Both the position numbers and the translations under genes were made by a program. Under the pieces are notes generated by a model that worked only from the letters and a program-made list of their open reading frames with translations, ran no database searches and had not been told where the DNA came from. A DNA stretch of 63,750 bases, filler included, from Perkinsus chesapeaki ATCC PRA-425 (taxonomy: Eukaryota; Protista; Perkinsozoa): assembly GCA_013115145.1 (NCBI GenBank). It is 14 parts of 14 records of this genome, joined end to end, with 100 filler letters (N's around TTAATTAATTAA, not from the genome) between each part and the next. Parts side by side here need not be neighbours in the genome. Positions count along the whole stretch, not along the records: positions 7,558 to 18,898 come from JAAPAO010000848.1; positions 18,999 to 20,815 come from JAAPAO010001769.1; positions 20,916 to 32,018 come from JAAPAO010000860.1; 11 more parts are not named here. One strand, given 5' to 3'. This document shows positions 11,749-24,126 of this stretch, piece after piece (within the stretch, counting starts at the first letter, position 1; each line of letters begins with the position of its first letter).

Positions 11749-13131
11749 ATGCTGCTGTTGTTTGTTAATGTCGTTGTATGTGCTCCCCTAAAGGTTGTTA
11801 TATTCAACTGGGAGGGGGAGCCTCTGTTTGAAGTGTGTCAGTTGCCAAACTTGAATGAATCTATTAGACTTGTCCAAACTCGTCACAGTCACCTCGGCAA
11901 CGTTTGCGGTGGTTTTCATGTAGGCATTCGAAATACGTGATCACTATCCTTAGCACTCCTTTCAGATTAAATGGTTGTTCTGATGCAGATGAAGACGTGA
12001 GAGATGTTGCTTGGGTTTGCGTTGCACTGCAAAGTTGTGATAGGTCCCTGATGCGAGGACGAGGAAGCGAGGAAAGGATGTTGTTGGTTGCGACATTTAC
12101 CTCGGCGAGAAGTCACCTTTCACAGTGGCTAGCTATGACGTGACAGATGATAAAGGTTATGCGCTGGTTAGCGCCATCTGCGGACCGAGTAAGAGCCCAT
12201 CACATGTGTTGCATGATGGTGGAGGCATGCGAGTCCGTGAAGCGAAGGACTGTGAAGAACTGCAGAAGAATGAAAGGGAAGAATTTACGGAGGGAAAGGC
12301 CTTGGCAGCTGTAAGGTCCCGCGATTGAGTAAAGAATTCCATACATAGCTTGCCGACGATTCGTTATATTTGGAACGCTACCCTGGAGTGCAGAGTTAGA
12401 ATCCCAACGACTTTCTCACCGGGGCATAATATCGAGACAAGCGCACTCTTCGGTATCGCTAGGTGCTGAGATCAGCAACTATCTCGCTTGGAAAGTTGTC
12501 CAATTCTTTCCATATTTCTCGCTAATATGTTGCGGTCCGCAAAGAGTATTTTCTTATACTGCATATTGTTGAATATCTTTGCACTTCCCGCCTGAATATT
12601 AGCTGCATTCATTTCAGCTGTATAGTGAATGTAAAGAGCACAACGACACAACACATGCAGAAGAGGATGGGACGTGCCAAGTCGTCCTGTGGCGGTCAGT
12701 GAAAAGTATCGACTTCAAGCAGGAAGCCTCTGGTGCATTGAAAGCTACGAGATTCACTTGCTTCGATGACTCCGTTCAAGCTGCTCCGGAAGGGTTTAAA
12801 GTAGGTGCGGTCTGCACCAGCTGTAGAGGAGGGGATTGTTCAGGCGAATGTCGGGTATACCTGTAACGACTTGAAGGAGAAGGTAGGTATCGCGAGGAGC
12901 TATGACACCTTCGTTGAGATGGTAACTGGTACGACTTTAACGAACCCGTGTATACCCCTCCAAACTGAACCATCACAACCTTCGTCTGCTGCTGCTGCAA
13001 ATGAGAAGCCAGCGAATGTGGACTACAAGGAGGGCACAATGACTTATCGTACTGTCAGCATTTATGTTAGAGATGTGCAGGTAACTATGTACCGTACAAG
13101 GGGAAGGGAATGTTTTCCTTCAGCCAACTGA
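11749..13131 (+). CDS. Multi-exon probably secreted hypothetical protein, paralog 2
   Basis: Signal-peptide-like start MLLLFVNVVVCAP. Exons ASYDVTDD...SAICG...AKDCEELQKNEREEFTEGKALAAVR and EGTMTYRTVSIYVRD match paralog 1. Confidence 0.5.
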
Positions 13132-13308
13132 CATGAACTCGGGGACTAGTTTCATCCAGCTAACTCGAAGTGAGCGGGCGATTCGCAGCCGCTCATGATT
13201 TCGGCGAAGATTCAAATGATAAAAAATAGTATTTTCTTTTATTTATAATTCTCATCTATTTCAACTTCTACCGAACATGTATGCCTCGATGTCATTCAAC
13301 TTGGTATT

Positions 13309-14932
13309 TTGCCTTGTGCTCGTCAACATTTGTATTCATCGGCTCTCGAGCAGTTCAGTAAAATGGTTATGTTTCGAGACGAAAGTCTTCCTTTCGCCAA
13401 ACGTGAGGATACCATGAGTTTGGATACCATCAAACCTAAAGATGTTCCCCGAGGTAAGGAAGCTCCTGATTCTAATTTTTCGCAGTCAAGCGGTCAGGTC
13501 GGATTCTTTATGTCAAAGATATCGACGCATCTCTGACAACATCTGACATCGACAAATGCAAGCCGTGCTACTACTGGCTCGATTATCTCCACAAGCCCGA
13601 ATTTTCTCTCACGTGAGCTTTGTAGAAGTTGCGGTGATTGATTACTGGTGACAGTGCCGATGTACCTGGAATGAGAAGCAAGTCTTATTATCCGCCTGTG
13701 GTGAATCGACCTCGAGATCTTTCTCTCACAACGCAAGATATCGAGTGGGCTCAGCCGAAGATCACTAGGTTTAAGACCAACAGGGTTCTAGATCCTCTCA
13801 ACCCGATGTAAGAATGACGATACTTGAGCTGTTATGATCTTTGTTACCTGCTCAGTTATAAACTGCCGTCTTGGGAGGCTGTACCGGTTGGGGCTCCGAG
13901 ATTCAATGGTCGAGTTACGAATGATATCAGAGGTGAAGTGCAGCTTGAAGCGATGCTAATATTTGGCGTGCTCAGATATCGAACATTCGAATCCAAAGCG
14001 ACTCATACCTGATAGGAATTACGTCCGAGACCCGAACGACGTGTCTGATATTGAGTAGGTCAGATTGGATTATCTCAGTTTACGGTTTTGTACAGATATG
14101 CTAGATCAAAATCCGTCCAGGATCAACTGAACGACTTGCGGAAGAGAGGAGCTTTGAGAGATCCTCGGAGCGTTGATCTGAGTTTAGTAAGTTTAGTTGA
14201 AGCAACATTGGCTGATATACGCTCTTTATTAGTATGCGAAGGACATCAATGCTGGTCCATTGGATGGCCGGTTGCCGGCTATGAGAGGAACCGATCCTTT
14301 GGAGCCAACTTATGTCATCCCGACGGAACCCGTCCTTGGTCGACGGAGGCTCCCTCCTGCTACGAGCTTGAATCATATATGTGACGGAAATGCTCATCGG
14401 TGAATGTGAGAGAGTTGATTGTTTTCAGGGGCGGAGGAGGTGGGTAAAGTAGAAGAACCCAAGATGGAACCAACAGTAGGCCTTAGTTATATTATTTTTT
14501 TTCAAGCCAATCGTCAGACTATTGGAGAAGTTCCGCTTTCGAGACCTCGAAAACTTCAATGGGACAATAGCGAGCCTTTCTTTAGCTTGCTGAAGGAGGA
14601 CATAGCTGGGGCTTCTAGCCAACGGTAGGAGCTACTTTCGTATGGGTAAATCATACCTCTCAGGCATGTCGGATGTATTCCTTTTAACATTTATCAACAA
14701 TCATCTGAGGATAGGCCAGACCTTCACAGTAGAGCGCGGGAGCCTGTCTGTTGGTGGTATCATATTGTATTTAGATACGGCAGATATCCCTGGTGCACAG
14801 GTCAACTCCCTCAAGAAGGGTATCGTTACACGACGAAAACTTGATCCTCAAAACCCCAAGGTAGCACGCACGTCGTTTGCCTTCTCCTTTATCTTGGTTG
14901 TTGTTTCAGTACACCTTCTTGGATGGATCTAA
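13309..14932 (+). CDS. Multi-exon hypothetical protein; family unknown
   Basis: A series of same-strand short ORFs (13309, 13824, 14088, 14419, 14642) is separated by intron-sized GT...AG gaps. No motif was recognised. Confidence 0.3.
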
Positions 14933-16112
14933 AGGCGTTGTGCCAAGAAGAGTATCGGTTAACAGTTACGGTATCCTCGGCCATGAGGCAGCTCGTCCTG
15001 CCACGGTGAGTGAACAGTAGAGTCCCGTAATGATCGAAGCTTGACTGCTAGGAGGTGTTAGCAGAAGCCGAACGAGGGTTCCCTTCTACGGTGAAGAAGG
15101 TGCAGCATGGCGGTAATGTGCAGGTGCCTGAACTCACAGTGCCGTCAATGGTGAGTAATGTGAGTGGATCGGTGAAATGAAGGTCTGCATTTCAGCGTAA
15201 GTTGCCAACTTCAATGGTAAAGGAGTGCAGACCGACTAATGCCAAGTCACCTGCTCCCTCTATCGCTGGAAATGTATCTACTTCCCGTCTGAGTATAGTT
15301 ACTGCTAGCACTCCTGGCATGACACCCGTGCAAAGGTCAGCTTTATCGATATTGAGGATAGTTCATGTTCCTCTTTCAGACTTGACCAGTTTATCACACC
15401 GCGGCCGACAGCTCGGAGCTCGCCTCCTCCTGTGTAGCAAGTCATGTCACCTAATGGTGTTTTATCAGAGCTAACATGATGTTATGTTGAAAGTTGTCGA
15501 GCAGCTCGGAAGGAACGCAGAGAGAAATCCTTCATCAATCCGAACGTTCTTCAGTAGACCAGAAAAAATAGTGACGATGATCTGCTGCAATGCAGCAGCT
15601 GCATCGTTGGGAAACCGTGATGTCCGGTAACACAGTATCACAGTATCGGCTCTAGTGTGATACCTGATTATACGCGCATCCCCGATTTGTTCCTTATAAG
15701 AGCCTTATGTTGTAGAATGAATGAAAATAGAATCAAAGTTCTCTGGAGATTTGTGTCATTCTTTTACGATGCTGACAACTCAAAACACTGAGGGAATGAA
15801 GGTTAAAATGACTAAAGCCCAACACTAAGTTGGATAGGGAGTGTATCATATATCTTAAGACGAACCAACGAGTGATCAATGTTTCAGGTTATTGTACCCA
15901 AAAGAAACCACAGATCACTTTAAAGAGACGTACGAGTCATAGTCAGGTTGGTCACATCCATCACCAGGAAGCTGTATGACCGATGACCATGCCAGATGCC
16001 AGGGTATCAGAGATAATCTTCTTCTAGGATTAAAATTTGTACATACATGCGGACCCCGAAATACCAAGTGTCTAACCGTATAATGCACACATGTTCTAGG
16101 GGTTGGACAAAC

Positions 16113-16705
16113 CTAAAGAAGAGAACAGTCACGAAACAGCTGAGGAACATATTTTACATCATGAAATAGTGAACCAGTGCAGCGAGGTATGCATCGACCG
16201 AGTTTTTCGACACAGGTAGGCTTAGCGTAGGGTAAACTAGGGCATGGACCGTTACCGCAGTCCGGTGTGCAAACTATGTATCCATGATCTCCATCCTGTT
16301 GAACTTCGATCAAACCAACATGTTGTTTCACAGTATTACAGATATAGCAAACCTATCTTGGTTCAAGGGGCAGTCGCACGATCCTGTAAATGTTTGTTTT
16401 TTCTTATCATAGCTACAGTCATCTGGTTTGCCATAATAGCCTGCATTCGTAACTGCTGATTAAAGTGATACTCCATAACAGGCTACTCGTAGGCTTACTC
16501 TCATTGTCAGTCAAGTTATTGCTATCGAAATTACCATTATACCTAAAAGAGCCACTTCATTTGCAACAAGTCCAACAAACCTTACGGGGGTACGTCGGCC
16601 ATAGGCTCTAGCCCAGTGACGAGAGCTATGAAGGCGACCATCATCATGCTCATGGCGCAAATCTGCCACATTAAAGTGAGATAATACTATTTTATAAGAA
16701 ATCAA
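16113..16705 (-). CDS. Small Cys-rich multi-exon hypothetical protein
   Basis: Exon-like frames YYGKPDDCSYDKKKQTFTGSCDCPL and GYIVCTPDCGNGPCPSLPYAKPTCVEKLGRCIPRC. The Cys spacing suggests a disulfide-bonded secreted domain. Confidence 0.4.
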
Positions 16706-18998
16706 CGCTCTTCCATGTATATTACCGGTTACTCGAGCGATAGCCTTTCCAAGGAATAATCGATCATGGCGCCTCTCGCCTGCGGGTCAGCTTCGACGCA
16801 TATGCATACTACATATTGCATCAATACTAGAATCATAACATGGCCCAATCTACCAGGGCTACCAGAAAGAAAGAGGTTGCCCACCTCAGTGAGTATGTCA
16901 GTAATTCTGCTATCATCACCGCAACGTCAATGCAGTGCAATAATACGAATAAGAAGACATATAACAGTTTAAAGTCGGTCTTTGAGCTGAAGGAGCGTTT
17001 CGGCGCCTGTAGGGGTCATAGATGGCGCAAACGGCTCGTCAGCACACTCCACGACGGGAGGTCCTCGGCCGCGATTTATTATCCAAAGGCGCGAGAGTTA
17101 TGTCCTCCTTGCGTCGGTAGTACCGACTCGGTACGGCAGAGTCCACTTTTCATGTAGCCGGATTAATTTCCGGATAGGCCCAAGCTAGGCCACCCAACGT
17201 CTTCTTCGCAATCAACACATAGTAGTCGCCACATGGGGACTTTCGGGGCAAGATACTTCGGCCGTATAGAAATTGTCATTTTTGAGGTCACTATATCTAA
17301 CTAGCACCAGGATTACCCGAGGTTTCCGGCAAACCCTTCCCCGTGGTTACCATGCTCCATTTTCCTGACTTTTAACATCGAGTTCCAATCACATTCCTTT
17401 CATTATCAGCGGTAAAACATCTGTGGCAACTTCAACACCTACCTGCGGGGTCCGAGAGGATTCGTAGGTGCAACCCCACACTAGCGCGTCGTCGCCGACG
17501 ACACTGCCGGCTATCTCCGCAATAGTCATAGTCCTGGACTATTAGTTCATCTTCAAGAGGTACAGCACATGTCATATAACGCAATACAAAAGAATACGCT
17601 CAGACAGTCCACTTGTCTTCGTTGACGTCATAGCAAGCCCTATAACTTGAGGCAAAGCAGAAGCGTGAAGTTTGTAAATTTATCCTTAATATCCCTCAAT
17701 GACAAACAAATGAACACGAAGAGTAACATCTCTCGACGTTAAGAATGCCATGAGGGATGTGCCGTTGCTTGAAACAAGGGGGGCCTTTGTTTAAGGGTAG
17801 ACAATACATGCCTCTCACACTGGAAATAAGAGGGCGGACTACTACCGTCTCTCACGCATAAACAAGGGGCGTGCGTACAGAACTGTTGACGTCCTGGGAA
17901 CAGATCCGTACAGGAGACGAAAGATTGTGCACCAAAAAGCTGTTGGTAAATAAATAAGCAACACCGTTGTCTAGACAATAAGTAATAAAATCAATCACAC
18001 AAAGGAGGCCTGCTAGTAACTAGATGCTACTCTTTCTTCTAGTTGATGGACCTACGCGATTAGGTCATGCCGAAACTCATAAATCTCACTTACCCTTTCA
18101 TGGACAACTTCCAAAAGCCTTCGAGCAGCTTCAAGCTGCTTCGCATAGTTGCTTGGCTTCCCTTCCTCTTTCTTCAGTTTTTTATATCTGATAACTTCTC
18201 CAGTGTAATTGAGGATACTCTTCGTTACTCGGTGTGTATTGGTACCATCGGAGCGGGAACGCTGCTGGTTCGTTTAATTTCACGAAGTCGATCGCGTTCG
18301 GCCACAATCTCCTGAAAGTAACACGGTGTTACTAACACCCAAAAAAAGACATGCAGCACAGTCGTGGCTGCATGCTTCAGCTTCAGCTACCTGCTGGAGC
18401 TCTTCAGATAAATTGTGAAGATGGGTGCGTCTACCGAAGAATTCTCCAAAGATGCTTTCCACGATTGCTTTGGACCTATTAACCAACAGCACTCGAATTT
18501 AATTCCTTTTTGCACAGTTTGCGATTTACTAGGCAACTAGCGTAGCTGCTGAAGATTAGGCAGGCAAGAGCATACTGATGTTACGCACTTCCAAGCACGA
18601 TGCTTTACTAGCATACACGATTTCAACTCTGTTGCCATGACACCTACTCGGGAGGATGGCCGCCGAGTATCTTCATCCTGCTCCCGTCATCGGTCCCCAT
18701 AAACTCATTAGCTTGATCTTTAGTGAATCCTTGATCGCCATACTGCATGACATGACTGAACGAGGACCATCCAAAGGAAGGCTAACAGCTCCACCTGGCT
18801 ACCTCAGGTCCGTCTCGCCCCTAACCAGCTCATATTGGGCTTGTAGAGTTTCTCCATTTCTTGTTTGAGCGTGTCTATCTTCGTCTTCCATCCAATTGNN
18901 NNNNNNNNNNNNNNNNNNNNNNNNNNNNNNNNNNNNNNNNNNTTAATTAATTAANNNNNNNNNNNNNNNNNNNNNNNNNNNNNNNNNNNNNNNNNNNN

Positions 18999-20748
18999 GG
19001 TGAACGTTAGAGGCCTTAGGATCTCTTGGAGCCTTCGATGAGTCATGCTCCAGCTTGTCCACAAGACAAATCTCACACACTATCGGGCAGTCTTCAGCTC
19101 GTACTCTCTGGACTTGTCCACGCTCGGCCATATCCTCCAGGCGGAGAAAGATGATAGCAGCATCATGCGGGGCACGTCCTCGAGGCGCTTCACGAAAAGG
19201 CTCAATGTTGGCATGCTCCAAGGCCTCAAAGTGAACTTGAAGCGCCTCATAGCCAGGACGAGTAGGATCCTTGATGATGTTGATGAGAGGGATACACTCA
19301 GAAGGTAAGTGCTCAGTGGCTACAGCACTGCGAGCACAATGACCAGCATCATGAGTACACGACTTGCCATTGCCCTCCTCACTTGATGGAGCAGTAGAGA
19401 GACCGTTAATGGGAATGCCATGGTCGCTAACCATGCGGATACCCAGGTCACAGAACATGTTTCTCCCCAGGATACAGGATGGTTGGCAGCCAGCTACAAC
19501 CAAGAACTGCAGAGCCTTAGGGCTCAAGGACCTGTCCGCAAATGAGCAATGCAGTGTTACCAGTGTATCGCCATGCAGAAGCTTGCCGTCACCGAATCGG
19601 ATAGAGATCGCAGACGGAAGTGTTGAGAAGTCTTCTGGCTTAACCAGTTCACTGCGCTTGAGGAATGCGACAGTTGCTCCACTGATGAGAGAAACGTTGG
19701 CACCACTATCCACCAGGCCAGTAACCGGGCAATAACGCTTAGCTGTCCCTACGCGTAGCTCAAGAGTAGGGTCCTTCGGGAGGGAATTGACGAAGCGTGC
19801 TGTGTCAGTGGTGCACGATGCATTGGACACTCCAGGGATAACCGCCTTGGCAGTATGGGTTTCGACAATGTGTAGACCACTGACGTCATCGTCGTCGTCA
19901 TCATCATTCGGGGATGCTGAGGAGCATGTGGGGTTAGTACCACTGGACTTCTTGGAGCTGTTGTCAAGCTTGCCACCAGGTAGCCCTCGGCGACAGACTC
20001 CGGATAGATGCCCTTGCTTGTGGCATCTCGAACATTGCAAACCGGAACGGTTGCATTTGTGGTTTTTACCAGCCTCGCCGTTAGTTAGACGCCCACAGCG
20101 GCCGCAACGGTCAAGATGTCGGTGAATAGTAGTGCTAGAGCAGCTAGCAGCATGGTGGCCAAGTCTGCCACAGCGTAGGCAAGCATTACTGTCGAGACCA
20201 AGCTCCACCGCTACCGCAGAATGGACCTTCGCATTCAGAGACTTCTGGTTGGCACTGATCTGACGACTGGGACCGGACTTAGACTGCTGTTGAACAGAGG
20301 TCGCCGTAGTTATGCCAGCAGCGTACAGCGCATTACCATCCATAGATGTTAGAAAGCCGAGCATAGCCTGCTTGAACTTTTCGTACGGGAGCTCGAGAGA
20401 TGGGTCAACGACGCTTTTGGCAACGATAGAGGCAGGATCTGTCAAGCCGTCGGCAAGCCGCTCGCTCATTTCGGCATCAGTGATGGGAACGCCAGCCAGA
20501 GTCTCTCGGATATGGGCCACATCCTCTAGGCGGTCAGCGAAGGTAGGGATGGTCTCATGCGGCTGCTGCTGTAGACTGCGCCACTCTTGGTCAATGGCGC
20601 GCAACTCTAAGCGGTTCATAAGAGAGACATCAAGCCTCCGGATAACGGCGACATGACCCTCCTCCCTGATGACCGACAGTGGGATCTTCTTCTTGAGTCG
20701 TGTTCTCGAAGGCTCACGTATGCAGCGGAAGACGATCTCAGCAGACAC
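18999..20748 (-). mobile_element. Ty3/Gypsy-like gag-protease fragment running into the RT start
   Basis: Gag core QQPHETIPTFADRL. Zinc knuckles CLRCGRLGHHAASC and CSRCHKQGHLSGVC. Aspartic protease LVDSGANVSLI and CILGRN. Confidence 0.9.
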
Positions 20749-23700
20749 CTGACGGCTGCACTCAAAGTGATCGATGGCTGAGCAGATGGTCGCCCTCCAG
20801 GCCGCATAGGATCCANNNNNNNNNNNNNNNNNNNNNNNNNNNNNNNNNNNNNNNNNNNNTTAATTAATTAANNNNNNNNNNNNNNNNNNNNNNNNNNNNN
20901 NNNNNNNNNNNNNNNTAGTAAGGGAAGTGGGAAGAGAAGTACTGTGGTTGGAGCCCGGAACTCCGATTCTGAGATAGAATCCCTCCAACATTTTTTTGAC
21001 CAGACTGTATTGATTTGTCACGACGGCTCTCGTTGTGGAACTCACAGCATGATGACAATTTTGCCAATAAATCGTTATCTGCTGTGACCATGAGGATACC
21101 TTTCCTGATCTCTGTAGTGCACAGTGAGTCACGGAAGAAGTTCTTGAACTAGACTGGACGATCTATGTCGGAGATTATATGAACGTGCCAGGCAAGAAGC
21201 GCAAGCTTGGTGTACATGACATGAGGCTCAAGCCTCGAGCGTACCTCTGACTATAAGTGCAAGGAACATATTACTCCATTGAGGTTCTCATGGCATGGAC
21301 AGATTATGCACGCTGACTATATTACCCTAGCTGGGGTCTAAAAGCCCGATTCCTACTATACCGTTAGTGCAAATTTTGCACTGCAAAATACATCACCGTT
21401 GATCCCGTTTGTACGTAAATGAGGTATGAAGAACTCTTGTCGAAGATAGCGGCCTATAGTATAGTTGTTAAGTGAGCAGGTTAGTTGCTGATGATGTTTG
21501 ATGCTCGATCACAGAAACACATAAGGTTGTCCGACAGCCGCTGTCGCAATCATGCATTGAACATAAAACGCAACGACGAGGAAGTTAATGGTTGGAAAGC
21601 ACCTGAATCTGATAGCTTTGTGAGACGTCCAAGAAGGGGATGATATAACCCTGGTATACGGACGCTAGCGTTCTTGGCTCAGGAAATATAACATAAGGGC
21701 TGATATTGAGGCTATCGAGTTGGCAACACCGAGTCGGTTAGGAATGCATTGTGCCTACGGACGTAGTACAAACTACACTTAAACCTCATAACACTGAGAA
21801 TGCTGGTATAACAACAACTCATGCGAATAAAAACTAAATGATAACAACAGCGCTATTAACGGTAACAACACACTGGAATTGAACGGGTTCCTGTTGGAAG
21901 TACCAGGCATCGCCGTTGGGTACTAAGCAACGGCTCGCCACTCAGTGGTACATGCAGAACTTTCCTTCCGTAGTAGAGATACAGCTTCCACCATCAATAC
22001 AATCCTATAACAGTTACAGATATAAATTGTATGATAAATAGCAGTCACTTACATCGTCAAAGGAGCAACCCAGTACACAGACCGTGTGGATACATTTTGC
22101 AGTGCCTTTTGGAGGTTTGGGGCATGTACCCATGGTAGAGCATGAATCCCCGCACACCGCCCATATACGTCCAGTAGTCATCTAATATAATCGAAGCCAT
22201 TATAACTGTCTATCTGCTAAACATATTTCTTCCGAGTCAAATCTAACCTTAATGAACAGGAACTCCTCCGACCGATTGCATGAACAACCGACTATAGTGT
22301 GATTCCCATATCTGCAATACCCATTTGGTCTTTGGTAACATCCACCTACAGGCTACACATTTGAGGCAGAAACGCTACCCTTACAGTCTACCATCATTAG
22401 TTGGAGCTCTCTTGAAGGAGGTGGGCCTAACACTGAACTTAACCGGGATATACTCCTCCTGGCAAGCCCTACATATTTTCAATCGAATATTTTGTAACTT
22501 CGGGGAGGCCTTCATGTACACGCCCAAATACGGTCAGGTTGAATAGCGCGATGAACGGGACTTTCAGTAGGATGGGGTACATAGGTGATGCTCGATGTAA
22601 TCACTGAAGTGCAAGCTCGAAAACGATGGTAGCTGAGCTACCATGCCCAAACAGAGTGCCGTATAACGATTGAAATTTCCGCAACTGCTTCAGTCGCGGA
22701 GGCAGGATATATCCTAAGCTCAAGGTTCAGGGATGTATGCGCGGCTCCACTGGCGAAGTGTCCCATGCCTCCAATGGATCCAACCGTCGGAGTCCAACGT
22801 CGTTGTCCAACTGCTACTTTCGTCGAAAGTAACAGTCTCCAAGATTCCACTCTTGGCAACAACGGCGAGGAATTACTCCTGTCACGATATCTGTCGTGTT
22901 AAAGAAGAAGGCGAGTAGAGCCCGATACTAGTGTCGATATTAGTCAATCCCTTCCTAGTGGAGCGATAGTGCTTGTGCTGAGGTGCTTCGGGTGGAGCAC
23001 CACTTCTTACAAAACCAACGCATTCCTCTCGAGCTGCGGAAAGCTCGATGCGGAAGCTCCAATGAGCAAGGTCAATCTTTCATGGTTGAAGTGCCGACAG
23101 AAGCTTCCCGCGAGTGAGTGGTGGAAGGCAGGAAACAAAATATGTGGGGCCGCTTTATCGAGACTTTCGCTGACGATAGCTCGATTCGCCGGTTTGTCGA
23201 CTGAGCCGTGATGGATCGTCGTTTCATTGGAATTGCACCTGATATGTCGTCCTATTGAAGATTCAACGGTGACTCTTGCCGAGCCCAATGCTGAACAGTT
23301 AATCCTCACTGCGAGCGCCTCGGGGGCACTGTCTACCGGAATGTCTCGTTCTATAATGTCTTAGATCAGACCGCCGTTCACGCGGGAAATTCCGGTATTC
23401 AACCTGACCGTATTTGGGCGTATACAGAAAGGTCTACCCGGCTTTGAAGCTATGAGCTATCAAAGTGAAACCATGTAGGCCATTCCAGTTAGGAATGGGT
23501 CACTATAGGCCCATCCGGTTCAGTGTAGACATGCCCATTCCAAGCAAGCTCCTGCTAATAATGATAGACTACGAGCGAATCGTCGAACCTTCCACGCGAA
23601 TCTTGTTGGTGGCTGTTACTGACGAGCGAATGGGTGATGCCAACACATTGGTTGTAGATTTGCTGGATGCTCATGTGCCAGAGGAACTCGGTTACGCCCA

Positions 23701-24126
23701 AGTGAGATCTGTCCTGTGCATCCAATATGCAGTTATATTGCTTTCGATACTCAGGTACTAACAATGTTATATTATTATGCCGCATTATGTATGCATAGTT
23801 TATGATAGATTCAGTACAGAGCAACTCTGCCCTGGTATCAATGCTACTTAGTTACGCGTAGCTTGGTGAAGGACCGTTAAAGGGCAGCAGCTTCGCGTAC
23901 ACCAAAACTTACTCAAAGCAACACAACTCCTTCCATTTGCTATAAACAATACTTCTGTGCAGTTATAAATGGTCAAGGAAATGAATAAATGGTAAAATCA
24001 CACACACAAACAGTAGCTTTACGCCAGTGGCCTATTTCGAAGTCACATCATCCTCATCTTCACCATCTTCTGAATAATCATCGCCAACGTCGCTCTCTGG
24101 AAAACACTCCCAATCCCCTCCGACCG

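Noticed and set aside
19682-19695. CTGATGAGAGAAAC resembling a hammerhead ribozyme core
   Set aside because: No stem II and no flanking stems; it lies in the protease coding motif (NVSLISG) on the other strand.
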